Positions 12,575 through 25,239 of a stretch of DNA of 64,000 nt are shown here, in pieces. The DNA is taken from positions 372,001 to 436,000 of the forward strand of contig NIVC01000566.1 of assembly GCA_002269645.1 (NCBI GenBank), given 5' to 3'. The notes beneath the pieces were generated by a model. That model was not told the DNA's origin, did no database searches, and saw only the letters and a program-made list of their open reading frames with translations. Numbering within the stretch: the stretch's first letter is position 1; each line of letters begins with the position of its first letter. A program made the translations under genes and the position numbers. The DNA is from Macrostomum lignano (taxonomy: Eukaryota).

Positions 12575-14220
12575 TGGTTGGAGCAGGCGGCAAAGGAGCA
12601 GGATTAGGGCAGGCAGCAAGGGCAGAGCAGGATGGCATAGCAGCGAGTGCAGGGGAGTGCAGGGGTAGAGCAGGGGGTAGAGCAGAAGGGAGTGCAGGGA
12701 GGGAGAGCAGGAAGAGCAGGGAGGGAGAGCAGAGGGCAAAGCAGAAGGGAGTGCAGGGACGGAAAGGTGCAGTACAGGGTGGCAGAGCAGGGGGTAGAGC
12801 AGAAGGGAGTGCAGGGAGGGAGCGCAGGAAGAACAGGAAGGGAGAGCAGGGGCAGGCATAGCAGCGTGGCAGAGCAAGAGGCGGAGCACGGTGGCAGAGC
12901 AGGGGGGAGAGCAGGGGGAGAGCAGGGGATGGAGCAGAGGGCAGAGCAGGGTGCAGAGCGGATGGCAGAGCAAGAGGCAGAGCACGGTGGCAGAGCAGGG
13001 GGGAGAGCAGGATGGCAGGGAAGGGTGGCAGAGAAGGGATGGAGAGCAGGGGATGGAGCAGGGGGCAGAGCAGGGAGGCAGAGCAGGGGAAAGCAGGGTT
13101 GCAGAGCAGGGAGCAGAGCAGGGGAAAGCAGGGTGGCAGAGCAGGGGGCAGAGCAGGGTGGCAGAGGAAGGTGGGAGAGCAGGGTGGCAGAGCAGGGAGG
13201 CAGAGCAGGGAGGCGGAGCAGGGGAAAGCAGGGTGGCAGAGATGGCAGAGCAGGATGGCAGAGCAGGCTCAGCAGGGTGGCAGAGGAAGGTGGGAGAGCA
13301 GGATGGCAGGGCAGGGTGGCAGAGCAGGGATGGAGAGCAGGGGATGGAGCAGGGGGCAGAGCAGGGAGGCAGAGCGAGGTGGCAGAGCAGGGGGCAGAGC
13401 AGGGATGGAGAGCAGGGGATGGAGCAGGGGGCAGAGCAGGGAGGCAGAGCGCAGAGCGAGGTGGCAGAGCAGGGGGCAGAGCAGGGGGCAGAGCAGGGGT
13501 GCAGAGCAGGGAGGCAGAGCAGGGGAAAGCAGGGTGGCAGAGCAAGGGAAAGCAGGGTGGCAGAGGAAGGTGGTAGAGCAAGGTGGCAGAACAGGATGGC
13601 AGAGCAGGGGAAAGCAGGGTGGCAGAGCAGGGGTGCAGAGCAGGGAGGCAGAGCAGGGGAAAGCAGGGTGGCAGAGCAGGATGGCAGAGCAGGCTCAGCA
13701 GGGTGGCAGAGCACAGATAGAGATCAGAGTGGCAGGGTAGGGATAGAGAGCAGGGCGGCAGAGCAGGGCAGCAGAGCAGGGTGGCAGAGCTGGGTGGCAA
13801 AGCAGGAATGAAGGGCAGAGGGTAGAGCAGGGTGGCAGAGCAGGGTGGCAAAGCAGGGATGGAGGGCAGAGGGTAGAGCAGGGTGGCAGAGCAGGGTGGC
13901 AGAGCAGGGGGCAAAGCAAGGTGGCAGAGCAGGGGGCAAAGCAAGGTGGCAGAGCAGGGGGCAAAGCAAGCTGGCAGAGCAGGGGGCAAAGCAAGGTGGC
14001 AGAGCAAGGCATAGAACAAGGCATAGAGCAGGGGGTAGAGCAGGGTGGCAAAGCAGGGAGGGAGAACAAGGGATAGAGCAGGGGATATAGCAAGGTGGCA
14101 GAGCAAGAGGCAAAGCAAGGTTTTAGAGCAAAGGAACATAGCACTGTCAAAGTAGGGATCAAAGCAAAGGGCAAAGGAACAAGGTAGAATAGATAGCAAA
14201 AGGGTAAAACAGAAAGCAAA
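12575..14220. repeat. G/A-rich degenerate minisatellite (core GGCAGAGCAGGG), ~1.65 kb
   Basis: Strongly purine-biased plus strand built from GGCAGAGCAGG variants; source of the spurious LLCHPA/GRAGE ORFs. Confidence 0.95.
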
Positions 14221-14694
14221 CTAGCAAAGAGAGAGCAAATGCAAATAAGAAAGAAATAGGTATAGAAAAGTAATGTACAAATAAAATAGGGCTAAATCAA
14301 CCTAATTGTTTACATTACTATTACTTTTTTTCTAATTAAAAAGGCATGCAAAAACTTAACAGAGACATTTTAGCTTATTAGCTTATTAAATAAAAGAAAC
14401 TGTTTATGCATAAGCCTTGTCAATAATGCTTATTTTTTGCTTATTAATATAAATTGTTATCCTATTTTTAAACATCTAGTCTATTTTTATTTAGCTTTTA
14501 GAAGTTAAGCCTGACCAGAGTATAGTCATTTTGATTATTTTAATTTAAAATATCTAAGCTAGACCCAAAGCCTATTTCATTCTGAGAGAAGCAATAACCA
14601 AGCAAAAAGTAAAAAAAAAATAAAAAAATCATCATTGGATAGTCATTGTATAATTTGACTGATACAAATCTATATAACTATACTTATCCACTAG

Positions 14695-15714
14695 TCTATA
14701 TACTAAAGCTGACGTCGTGGTCCGGTGGTAGGGTGGGCCGGTGGGCCGGGTTTGTCGACGATCTCCTCCTAGGATTCTTGCAACTCAACTTTCAAACCGG
14801 TACCAAAACATGTCAAATGTCCCGACGATGCTACAATTTAAAATTCATTTTCAAATTTCAATTTTAAGTGCTTCAAAAAAGCAGAAAACAGCACAAACCA
14901 GACAGCCAGATGTCTATATATCGCATTCCATGGACTTCCCATCCCACTTGACGCTATTTTGTATGGTTGCGCCACAACTTTTCTCCTATCTCTGCAGTGT
15001 ATTTCATTTCAGCTGGGGGAGGGTCGCCGGCACTTGAGAATTGGCGGCCTACTTGCTCAGTGTTAAAAAGGGGTGGAGGTGCACACTGCGCGAGAATGGA
15101 TGGCTTGATTTTTTAACTCATCACAGAGTGTACATTGCGCTCTGCAAGTAAGAAACGGGAAAACTTGCACCTTAATTTCTGCTTTTAATTTTCAAGCTAC
15201 AGAAAAGTGAATCACACCGTTGGAAAGAGTTTGAAAAACTGAACAGAATGGTATAATTTTCTGTTCCGAAATCTCAACTGCATCAGAGCAATTTGTCATA
15301 GAAAATTTCTTGATTTCAATTGTGAAAACGTTAAGTGGCTGGGGAGGGGTTTCATTAATTTCAATTCTGACTGTGCAATGCACAAGCCTAGACTCTCCCT
15401 GTGCATTTGGGGAGGTGCATGGGCTATAGACTGTACTGTAGATCTTTACTGTACGCTTGCAAGTAACAAGGCCGGCATAAATGAATAAATTCGGCTAAAT
15501 GCAGTGTACATTTGTGAGAACCGGGCTGCGACAGTGATGGCGCAATGCATATGCATCAACGGGGGCAGGCGATCGTTTCAGTAGCTCAATTTCGCTGGCC
15601 CAAGAGCTAGGGTTAGGGTTACGATATGGAGTTCTGCAGATTCAACATTCCAACCATGGGATTCCGGGGATATCAATTCAGCGGATTTCTCCTCCAACGG
15701 AGGAGTTCCACTCG
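14695..15714 (+). mobile_element. Non-autonomous mini-Helitron (1020 bp), 5' and 3' termini only
   Basis: Starts TCTATATACTAAAGCTG. 14695-15432 matches the 5' end of the full element and 15441-15714 matches its last ~275 bp, ending CTCCTCCAACGGAGGAG-TTCCA-CTCG. Confidence 0.9.
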
Positions 15715-16673
15715 TCTCTTTACTAAAGCTGACGTCGTGGTCCGGTGGTAGGGTGGGCCGGTGGGCCGGGTTTGTCGACGATCTCCTCCTAGGATTCTTG
15801 CAACTCAACTTTCAAACCGGTACCAAAACATGTCAAATGTCCCGACGATGCTACAGTTTAAAATTCATTTTCAAATTTCAATTTTAAGTGCTTCAAAAAA
15901 GCAGAAAACAGCACAAACCAGACAACCAGATGTCTATATATCGCATTCCATGGACTTGGCGCTATTTTGTATGGTTGCGCCACAACTTTTCTCCTATCTC
16001 TGCAGTGTATTTCATTTCAGCTGTGGGAGGGGTACCGGCATTTGAGACGAGAATTGGTTGGCGGCGGTCGGGCCTGCCTACTTGCTCAGTGTTAAAATGG
16101 GGTGGAGGTGCACACTGCGCGAGAATGGATTGGCTTGATTTTAACTCCGAGTGTACATTGCGCTCTGTAAGTAAGAAACGGGAAAACTTGCACCTTAATT
16201 TCTGCTTTCAATTTTGAAGCTACAGAAAAGTGAATCACACCGTTGGAAAGAGTTTGAAAAACTGAACAGAATGGTATAATTTTCTGTTCCGAAATCTCAA
16301 CTGCATCAGAGCAATTGGTCATAGAAAATTTCTTGATTTCAATTGTGAAAACGTTAAGTGGCTGGGGAGGGGTTTCATTAATTTCAATTCTGACTGTGCA
16401 ATGTGCACAAGCCTAGACTCTCCCTGTGCATTTGGGGAGGTGCATGGGCTATAGACTGATTTTCATATTGAGTGATTGGCTGGAGATAATATTGAGATTA
16501 AATAAATGAATCACCGCAGTGTACACAGTCCAAATAGCGAAAGCTCATTGATTTTTCAACTCTCCTATGATTGAATTCCATATAAACTGGTGCTTCTCAA
16601 GTCAAAGTCTTCATAACTTATTTTTCATTTAGGTTCTAGCTTTCTCATAGCTTCTCATTTCTCATCATTCAAT

Positions 16674-19600
16674 ATGCCCAAGCGAAGCAGAGGTGCATCG
16701 TTCGCGAGTAGTGCGCGGAATGCTTCAAAGGCGAAGAAGAAGCGCAGAGAGGAGAGCTCTGCTGACCGGGAAGCTCGGCTGCAGAAGGTAAGGGAAGCGA
16801 AGAATAAACGCTTGGACGATGAGGGGGAGGTCCAGCGTGAAGAAAGGCTGCAGTCCCGGCGTCAGCAGGAGCAGACCGCTCGCTCAGCTGAAACTCGGCT
16901 TCGACGCAGTGCCCGGCTTGAGCAGCGCCGCGAAGCTCAGCAGCTGCTCCGAGACTCCGAGCCAGCTGTTCAGCGAGAGGAGCGACTTGAGCAGCGCCGC
17001 GAAGCCGAGAAGCTGGTCCGAGCAGCCGAGCCAGCTGAGCAGCGAGAGGAGCGTCTTGAGCAGCGCCGCGATGCTCAGCAGCTGCTCCGGGACTTCGAGC
17101 CAGCTGATCAGCGAGTGGAGCGGCTTGAGCAGCTCCGCGATGCTCAGCAGCTGCTCCGGGACTCCGAGCCAGCTGATCAGCGAGAGGAGCGGCTTCAGCA
17201 GCGCCGCGAAGCTCAGCAGCTGCTCCGGGACTCCGAGCCAGCTGATCAGCGAGAGGAGCGGCTTCAGCAGCGCCGCGAAGCCGAGCAGCTGCTCCGAGCT
17301 GCCGAGCCAGCTGAGCAACATGATGCGCAGTTAGAATCCCGTCGGGCAACGCATCAGACGGCTCGAGTCGCGGAAACTGCTGAGCAGCGGGTCATTCGCC
17401 TGACAGCGGCAAATCAACGGAGGCAAACGTGAGTGCTGCAGATACGGTTACTGACATCTTTTTCAGCTACTCAGTTCTGTTCTTGCAGGATTGATTCCAT
17501 CACTCTTTAAAATTTATTTCATTATCATTCACACTTTTTGTGAATTCTCTCATTAATTCCTTAGGCAACCCGCTGCAAGCCATAATCTGGGTCGAATGGA
17601 TGTGCAGTGCCCTCATTGCCACGCTCTCCGATGGCAAGGCGAGCTGGCCAGCATGTGCTGCAACTCCGGAAAGGTGAGAATCCTTTTATGATTGTTTCTT
17701 TTCGCGATGAAATCTGTGTAAAATTATTTTGACATTGCCCGTTAAACTAAAAGATTTTTTCCAATTTAGTGTGATTTCTAATTATTTGATAAACTGAGAT
17801 CGAAAGCTAATTCCTTTAATTAATTTAATTTAATTAATTCTTTTAATTTAAAACTAAAGCTAAACATTTTCCTCGCAGACTCACCTGGATGCGCGCCGGG
17901 ACCCCCCTGAGATTCTGAAGCGCCTTCTGACTGGGGAGGATCCGCGAAGTCGCCACTTCCTGGAGAACATCCGGAAGTACAACGGCGCGCTGCACCTGAC
18001 TTCCCTCGGTGCCAAGCAGCTGGAGCAACCAGGGTGGAACCCGAGCTTCATCCTGCATGGCCAGTTGCACCATCGCATTGGCAGTCTGTTGCCAAACCCG
18101 GGGGAAGTCGCCAGGTTCTGCCAGGTCTTCTTTGTCGATGAAGAGCTGCAGACCAGACTGCAATGGGCTACCGGGCTGAACAGCGGATTGCTGGAGGAGC
18201 TGCAGGCCGTTTTGCACCAGCACAACGGCTACGTGCGCAGCCTGAAGAGCGCAGTCGAGCTGCTGCGAGACGATCCGCGGCTGCAGAGCGCCCAGGTTGT
18301 GCTCAGCCCCGATGCCCGGCCCCCTCGGGAACATGTTCGGCGATTTAATCTTCCCGAGTGCAGCGAGGTCGGCATTCTGGTGGACCTTGGCGACGCTGAA
18401 GGCGGGATTCAAGCGCAACGGCGCGACGTGATTCTGCGCTTGAAAGGCGGTGGTGAGTTTTCTTGGAAGCTTTATTTAATGGAAAGCTATTGCGTTCTTT
18501 CAATGGACAAATGAGATCAAATTTAATTCTTCATCTTGATAATTGACATATTTATAGCTTATTCATATTCACTTGCATCAGCAAAAACTCAACTACATTA
18601 GGTATTCGCGACATCTGCGAGACGCACCGTTCCTATGACCCGATGGAATACATTCTTTTGTTTCCATACGGCGAGGACGGCTGGCACATCGGCCTCAAGG
18701 ATGACCAGCACATCACCGCCATGAAGTTCTACGCCTTCATGATTCAGGTGCGACCAGGTCAATTCAACAGCCTGCTCCATGGCCGCAGACTCTTTCAGCA
18801 GTACTTGGTTGACATGGCTGCCAAGTTAGAGTCGGAGCGGCTTAACTACATCCGTCAGCATCAGAAGGATCTGATGTCAGAGCGCCTGCGTGGCCTGCGT
18901 GACGCTCTGCATGCCGATGACGGGGACCCGAGAGACATCGACCTGACGGGCGTCGACATCGGGCAGCACGTCATCCTGACATCAACCTATGTTGGAGGCC
19001 CTCGGTACCGTCTGGAAAGGCAACAGGATGCCATGGCGTACGTTCACGCCTTTGGCCGCCCAGACCTGTTTCTAACCATGACGTGCAATCCGAAGTGGCC
19101 TGAGATCCTCGCTGAGCTGTTTCCGGGACAAAGTGCCGTGGACCGGCCGGACATCACCGCCCGGGTGTTTGAGCTGAAGAAGAAGGCCTTCCTGAACAGG
19201 CTGAAGAGCCTGTTTGGTGACGCGCTGGCTCGAGTCTGCTCGCTCGAGTATCAGAAGCGAGGTGAGTTTATAGTCATTGATGAAAAGTTGATTTCTTTCT
19301 GATGAAGCAAAATTTGTAGTCGTGCATTTTTTTTCCTACTTCACTTCCTTTTTGCAACTTCACAGGCCTTCCCCACGTGCACGTGCTGCTTTGGCTGGCA
19401 GTCAAGCTGAGGCCCGACCAGTACGACTCCATCATCAGCGCGGAGATCCCGGATCCCATCGCCGACGCTGACTTGCACAAGCTGGTCGTGGAGCACATGC
19501 TGCATGGTCCCTGCGGGCAGCAGCTCAACTCCACCGCGTCGTGCATGGAAAACGGAAAGTGCAGCAAGCGCTACCCGAGGGAGTTCCTGGCCGACACGAT

Positions 19601-22600
19601 CGTCCAGGAGGACGGCTACCCGCACTATCGTCGCCGATCTGTCGAGATGGGCGGATTCAAGGCGACAAAGATTGCGAAGCTGCGCGAAGGCCGACGAACT
19701 TTTGAGTTCGACAACCGCTGGGTGGTGCCCTACTGCCCGGCGTTGCTTCGCGAGTTTCGCTGTCACTTGAATGTCGAGATTTGTGCGACTGTGCGGGCGA
19801 TTAAATACGTCGTCAAATATGTGATGAAGGGTAGCGACATGGCTGCCTTCCAGCTACAGAAGGAGCAGGCTTCATCCTCGAAGGTCGAGCAGAACGCCGC
19901 CGCTGCAGGGAGCCAGACGACCGTGCCCCACCAGGCGGCGAAGGAGGCAAAGAAGGGCCGAGACGAGATCAAGGAGTACCTTTTGGGCAGGTTCATCGGT
20001 CCGACTGAAGCAGTCAACACAATCCTGGGCTTCGAGGTGCACAGCCGGTACCCCGCTGTGATCAGGCTTGCCGTTCACATGCCAAACGACCAGCTGGTGT
20101 ACTTCACCCCAGAGATGGCACAGGCTGTTGCCGCCCAGCCAAAGCCAACGACCTTGACTGCCTTCTTTGATGTGAGTTATTTATTCATTTTTGAAAATAG
20201 TGCATTTGAGCAGCTAGCAAATATTATATTTGAAAAACTCTGATATCATCATCAATGCTCTAAACTGAACTCTCACATTCCCAGCTTTGCCGCCAAGACG
20301 CCGTCGCCCAAGGTCTGCTGTACCAGAATGTGCCGCGTCACTTCACCTGGGACCGGCAGGCCCACCAGTGGCACCGCGCTAGACGAGGCCGCGTCACAGC
20401 CGGCCAACCAGCTGATGTGCTGACGACCGGCAACATCGGCCGAGTCTACACTGTGAGCCCGAGGATGGGCCAGTGTTTCTATCTGCGACTGCTGCTGGTA
20501 AATGTGCCCGGCCCGACATCGTTCGAGTCGCTGCGCACTGTAGACGGCGTTCTTCTACCGACCTTCAAAGCTGCCTGCCAGGCTCGGGGACTGCTCGAGG
20601 ACGACAACCACTGGCGTCTCTGCTTGCGCGAGGCCGCCGAGACTCGAATGCCAGTGGCTCTACGCCGGCTGTTTGCTGCCATTCTGGCACACGGCGATCC
20701 CAGCGACCCCTTGAAGCTCTGGCAGGAGTTCGTCAAAGAAATGGCTGCCGACCTGCTGCACCAAGGCTACAGCACAGAGGCTGCCGAGGGCAGCGTGCTG
20801 CGCGAGTTGGAGCGCCTTCTAGAGGTCATGGACGGATCGCCGCTCTCCGTCTACGGCCTGCCAGAGCCACCAGCTGAGCCGGATCAGGTAATCGTGCTGT
20901 TTTATTTTCCTGACACATTTTCCAAATTTGCAGCTCAATCTATACAAATCTATTATCTATCCAACCTCCCTCCTCAGCACCCAGTCTCCGACTGTCTGTT
21001 GACCCCGCTGGAGGCTGCCGAGCTCCAAATCAAAGTCGATGCCCAGGTCGGCATGCTGACTGTAGAGCAGCGAAGCGTTTTCGACGCCGTGATGGCCGAT
21101 TGGTCTGCCAAACAAGGGGGGCTCCACTTTGTCGACGCTCCCGGCGGCACTGGCAAGACCTTTCTATTGACGCTGCTTCTACAGGCCGTCCGTGCTGCAC
21201 GCCAGCCTGCAATTGCTGTCGCATCGTCTGGCATTGCAGCGACCATTTTGCCAGAGGGTCGGACGGCTCATTCGATGCAAGTTTCTTTCCGAATATTTCA
21301 GTTTCGTCTCAGTATTAAACACCTTTTAGTAATAAGGATTAAAAATTCACCTTTGTATTTATCAAAAAATGAAGGCAAGTAAACTTCCCTTTGCATAAAA
21401 AATCTCAGGTTTAAGATTCCGGTCTGTGCGGTGCGACAGGACAACGCCTTCTGCTCCATTGGCCATCAGAGCAGGCTGGCTGCGTTGCTGCGTAGCAACC
21501 GCCTCATCGTCTGGGACGAGGCGCCAATGACGCATCGCAAGGACCTGGAAGTCTTTGAGCGTTCGCTGCGGGATCTGCTTCGAGTCGAGCGGCCGTTCGG
21601 AGGAGCGCTGCTGGTGATGGCTGGTGACTTCCGACAACTGCTGGCTGTTGTGCCGGGAGGAACGCAGGCAAACAGTATCGATGCCTGCCTGAGTCGGTCC
21701 GCATTGTGGCCGCACTTTCGCCAGCACCACCTCTCGAGGAATCTGCGGTTGGAAGGTGGCTCCGCTTCCGAAAGCTACGCTGATTTCCTGATGCAGGTGA
21801 GTATCAGATTTTTTTAAATGACTATTCAATTTTTGTTGAAAAGTAATTTCCCCATCAAATTCCGATACTCCAGGTTGGCAACGGAGAGCTGCCGGAGGAT
21901 GAAGAGGGCTTGATTGCGTTGCCTAGCGACATTCTCTTGCCTGATGACACAACCACCGAGCAGCTCATTTGCCAAGTCTACCCGTCCTTCGAGGCGAGCG
22001 TCCAGCGCGATCAGATGTTCGCCGAGCGCAGCATCCTGGCTCCGCACAACAAGACGGTGGACGAGGCCAACGCCGCCTGCCTTGCGCTCTTTCCTGGAAC
22101 GAGCCGAGTTTACCTGTCTGTAGACTCGATCCCGCACGACGACACAGCAGCGACTAACTTCCCGCCGGAGCTGCTCAACCGGCTGGATCCCAGCGGTCTG
22201 CCTCATCACCGGCTGGAGCTCAAGGCCGGCATGCCGGTCATGATGATGAGGAACATTGACCCGCCGCTGCTGTGCAACGGAACCCGGTTGCTTCTTCGCG
22301 ATCTGCGGGACAACGTGCTGCTGGCAGAGATCGCTTGCGGCCAGTTTCGCGGACGCGAAGTATTCATCCCGCGGATCCCACTGGAGTCGAACCCCGTCGA
22401 AGTATCGATCAAGTTTCGCCGCCTGCAGTTTCCGATTCATCCGTGCTTCGCTATGACCATCCACAAGAGCCAGGGCCAATCGCTAAGCACATACGCTGTC
22501 GATCTGACGACGGCGTGCTTCCAGCATGGCATGCTGTACGTGGCATTGAGTCGTGCGCGGAGCGCAGCAGGCGTGCGAGTTCGAGCTCCAGGTGGACGCA

Positions 22601-22650
22601 CGCGCAACGTTGTCCTACGGCAGCTGCTTCGCAGGCATAACAGCGCGTGA
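16674..22650 (+). CDS. Helitron RepHel (Zn-finger + HUH Rep + PIF1-family SF1B helicase), 9 exons, 1656 aa, intact
   Basis: Exons 16674-17428, 17565-17673, 17879-18452, 18602-19261, 19366-20171, 20285-20887, 20978-21276, 21409-21796 and 21874-22650 total 4971 nt. Motifs: CPHC..CC, FLTMTCNPKWPEI, EYQKRGLPHVHVLLW, YVVKYVMKG, DAPGGTGKT, IVWDEAPM, GDFRQ, TIHKSQGQS, YVALSR. Confidence 0.95.
16920..17335 (+). repeat. 69-bp coding tandem repeat (6 x 23 aa) in RepHel N-terminus
   Basis: EQRREAQQLLRDSEPADQREERL-type unit repeated six times. Confidence 0.9.
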
Positions 22651-24595
22651 AAGTGACCGGGTTTGTCCTCTTTTGATGGATTTGTCTCATTTTAGTCTGG
22701 ACTGCAGCTTTGGCTGAATTATAATTGCTACTAGAAGCAACTACTCTACATATAAATTTAGAGCTTCGGAGCAATTCTCCAATTAAAAACACAAATTCTT
22801 CCATCCTTATCTAATGCCCATAAATAAGAATAGAGTTATTTAAGCAATAAAAGGCATAGTCAGATTGCATAACTGATTTGATCACTCATACATTAGTTTA
22901 TCTCAGCTAAAGACTGCAGGCTAGAAGACCATAAATGTCCATAATTTGTAGCACCCGATCAGGATTAGCAAAATAACCTTTAGCTCAGCAAATAAAATAT
23001 TTGGGGACTAATATTTGACTTTGTGCTTAAAAGATCGCCTCTCCTCTCTCCTTCGGAGCTGCACGAGCCAACAGAACTCCAGCGACCTGCCACATAATCG
23101 GCCAGAGCTGAATGCGCCGTCGGCCGGCCGATGCTGTCCATTGCGACCCGCAGCTGCTCCGGGATCTGGGGATCGCCGTGCTGGATGCAGAGGACGCCTC
23201 CCGCGACTTCCCTGGACAGCAAGTTGTCAATCAGTGGCGGGTATCGTTGGAGCCGCAATCAGTTCAGCTGCAGCTTCGAGCGCGCTCTGCTTCGCTATAA
23301 ATATTAATAGACCATTATTCATCACATTTTTCATTGTTCGATCGGGTGCATTGTCTATAAAATCAAGTAATTTAAATTCTAAAACCGATAGCTTTAAAGT
23401 CTTTAGGTAGCATAGCAAAAAGTTAAAATAGTTTTAGGCCAATCTAAGGATAATTTAAAAATTATATTGTGTGCTCTGTACATACTCTCTCTGTACATTA
23501 CTCTGTACATAATTGTACATAATCACAGACCGCCTCTTTATCTGTTTGACTCTTCTATGCCATTATTAATTGTACATATCTTTCGTCAATCCTTTGTTTA
23601 TACACCATCGCATCATTTCATGATTTCCAAAGCTCCATATGCATTTGTAAGTAACACATTCAATGTACAGTCATCTCTTCATCATTGTATATAATTTGAC
23701 CTACACTTTAGCAGTAGAACTAAATCAGCGACATTCCTCCAAAAAATGCAACCATAATTGGTTATCTAAGCAATTTCCAGAATTTCCGCAATAATGTGGC
23801 ACTGCTGAAAGTCTCAATTTAGAAATCGTCAACGCGCTGAAAGTTCTACTGAATCATTACTATTTGCTTGCTTCTTAATTTTAACACATTGCTTCATCAC
23901 TGTACATAAATATGCTGTAAATATAAAGTGCAAACTTGCCATACTTGAAGAAACTTATTTACTTACAAATTGAAAGTGTCAAGCATTGAAATGTTACCTA
24001 AAAGAGACAATTGATTATATTTATATACCATACATAACAAAAAAACGAAATGGGCAAAGACGTGATACACGCCCCAATAGCTACATGTATATCATTTGTG
24101 ATAACCAGCAGACTCCTATCGTAACTACAAATCGCATAGTCACAGCACCCTAAAGGTTCAACCCGCACTTTCTCTTATCTCTGCGCAGTGCATTTCATTT
24201 CAGTGGGGTGGATTTGTACCGACTCTTTTAATGCTCATATCATTCAATTTTTGGCTTCTCTAAAACCCCAAGACTTACCTGCGCCCACAATCAGATGTAC
24301 CCTGCAGCGCAGGTCAGTCATAATGAATTGCGCAATAGAATCAAAAGTCACACCGCATAGGGGCTTTCCACGGCACATGCATCTCTCTAGCTAGCAAAGG
24401 CTTAAGCCCTAAGACCACTCAATTCACACGATAAAGCCAACCTGTCTAAACCAGTTCAGTAGACAATTCAAGCCTATAAATTAGACATCTCTCGCAGGTA
24501 CAAGTCTGTTAAGATACGAGCCAACTTCTTCAACTTATTATATTTTTCTTATCTTTTACTACTATTATTATTATTATTATTATTATTATATTGCA

Positions 24596-25054
24596 ATGGA
24601 TCATCAGGCAGCACAATCCGAGAGCAACCCGATCAAGTTCGAAAAGCAGAAAAAGGCCATCGAACAGCACGTCAGTACGTTTCTGAGATTGACATCGGAA
24701 ATGATTCGAGAAGAGCACGAGACGGCACTACGCGAAGCAAAGCACAATGCGTCACTCGCTGAAGTCGTAGCAGAGCAACAGCAGCAACTCGACGACTACA
24801 AGAAGCGACTGGCTGATCTGGAGGCTGAGCTAGAGCGCACGAGGAGGGAGCGCGACCGACTGGAAGCCCTGCTGCAAAAGGACGAAAAGCTGCTTTTCGC
24901 TGACGTCGAGACCAACTTGGAGCCACCAGCCAAACGACCTCGCAGCCCGGCAGATGCGGAAGAGCGGAAGAGCGAGAGCGAGAGCGACGAGCGTCTGGCT
25001 GGCCGGGCTGCGGGGTCGTCGGCCACCAAGGAGGACTCGACGTCGGCGGAATGA
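24596..25054 (+). CDS. Helitron-borne second ORF, 152-aa predicted coiled-coil protein with basic PPAKRPR motif
   Basis: Intronless GC-rich ORF in AT-rich surroundings; heptad-like E/K/R/Q/L-rich core; intact in both Helitron copies. Confidence 0.7.
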   Translation: MDHQAAQSESNPIKFEKQKKAIEQHVSTFLRLTSEMIREEHETALREAKHNASLAEVVAEQQQQLDDYKKRLADLEAELERTRRERDRLEALLQKDEKLLFADVETNLEPPAKRPRSPADAEERKSESESDERLAGRAAGSSATKEDSTSAE

Positions 25055-25239
25055 GTTATTATTAATTTATTACCTTACAATTTCAATAATTTTAACGGCA
25101 GAAGGGATGTAAAAAGATGTGCGACCACCTGGGCCAAAAAGTTATTAGCAACTTGGGGCAAAGACTCTTTGAAATAGGAAGAAATTGTTGTAACCCAAAT
25201 TAGGAAGCTCAAAATTGATAGCTGTCAAATTATCCTCTT

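Noticed and set aside
12518-14219. Cys/Pro/Leu-rich and Gly/Arg/Glu-rich long ORFs
   Set aside because: Open in most frames because of the low-complexity minisatellite.
16669-22804. Numerous antisense and alternate-frame ORFs over RepHel (and mirrors at 39468-45602)
   Set aside because: Shadow ORFs of GC-rich exons; the spliced RepHel frame accounts for all conserved motifs.
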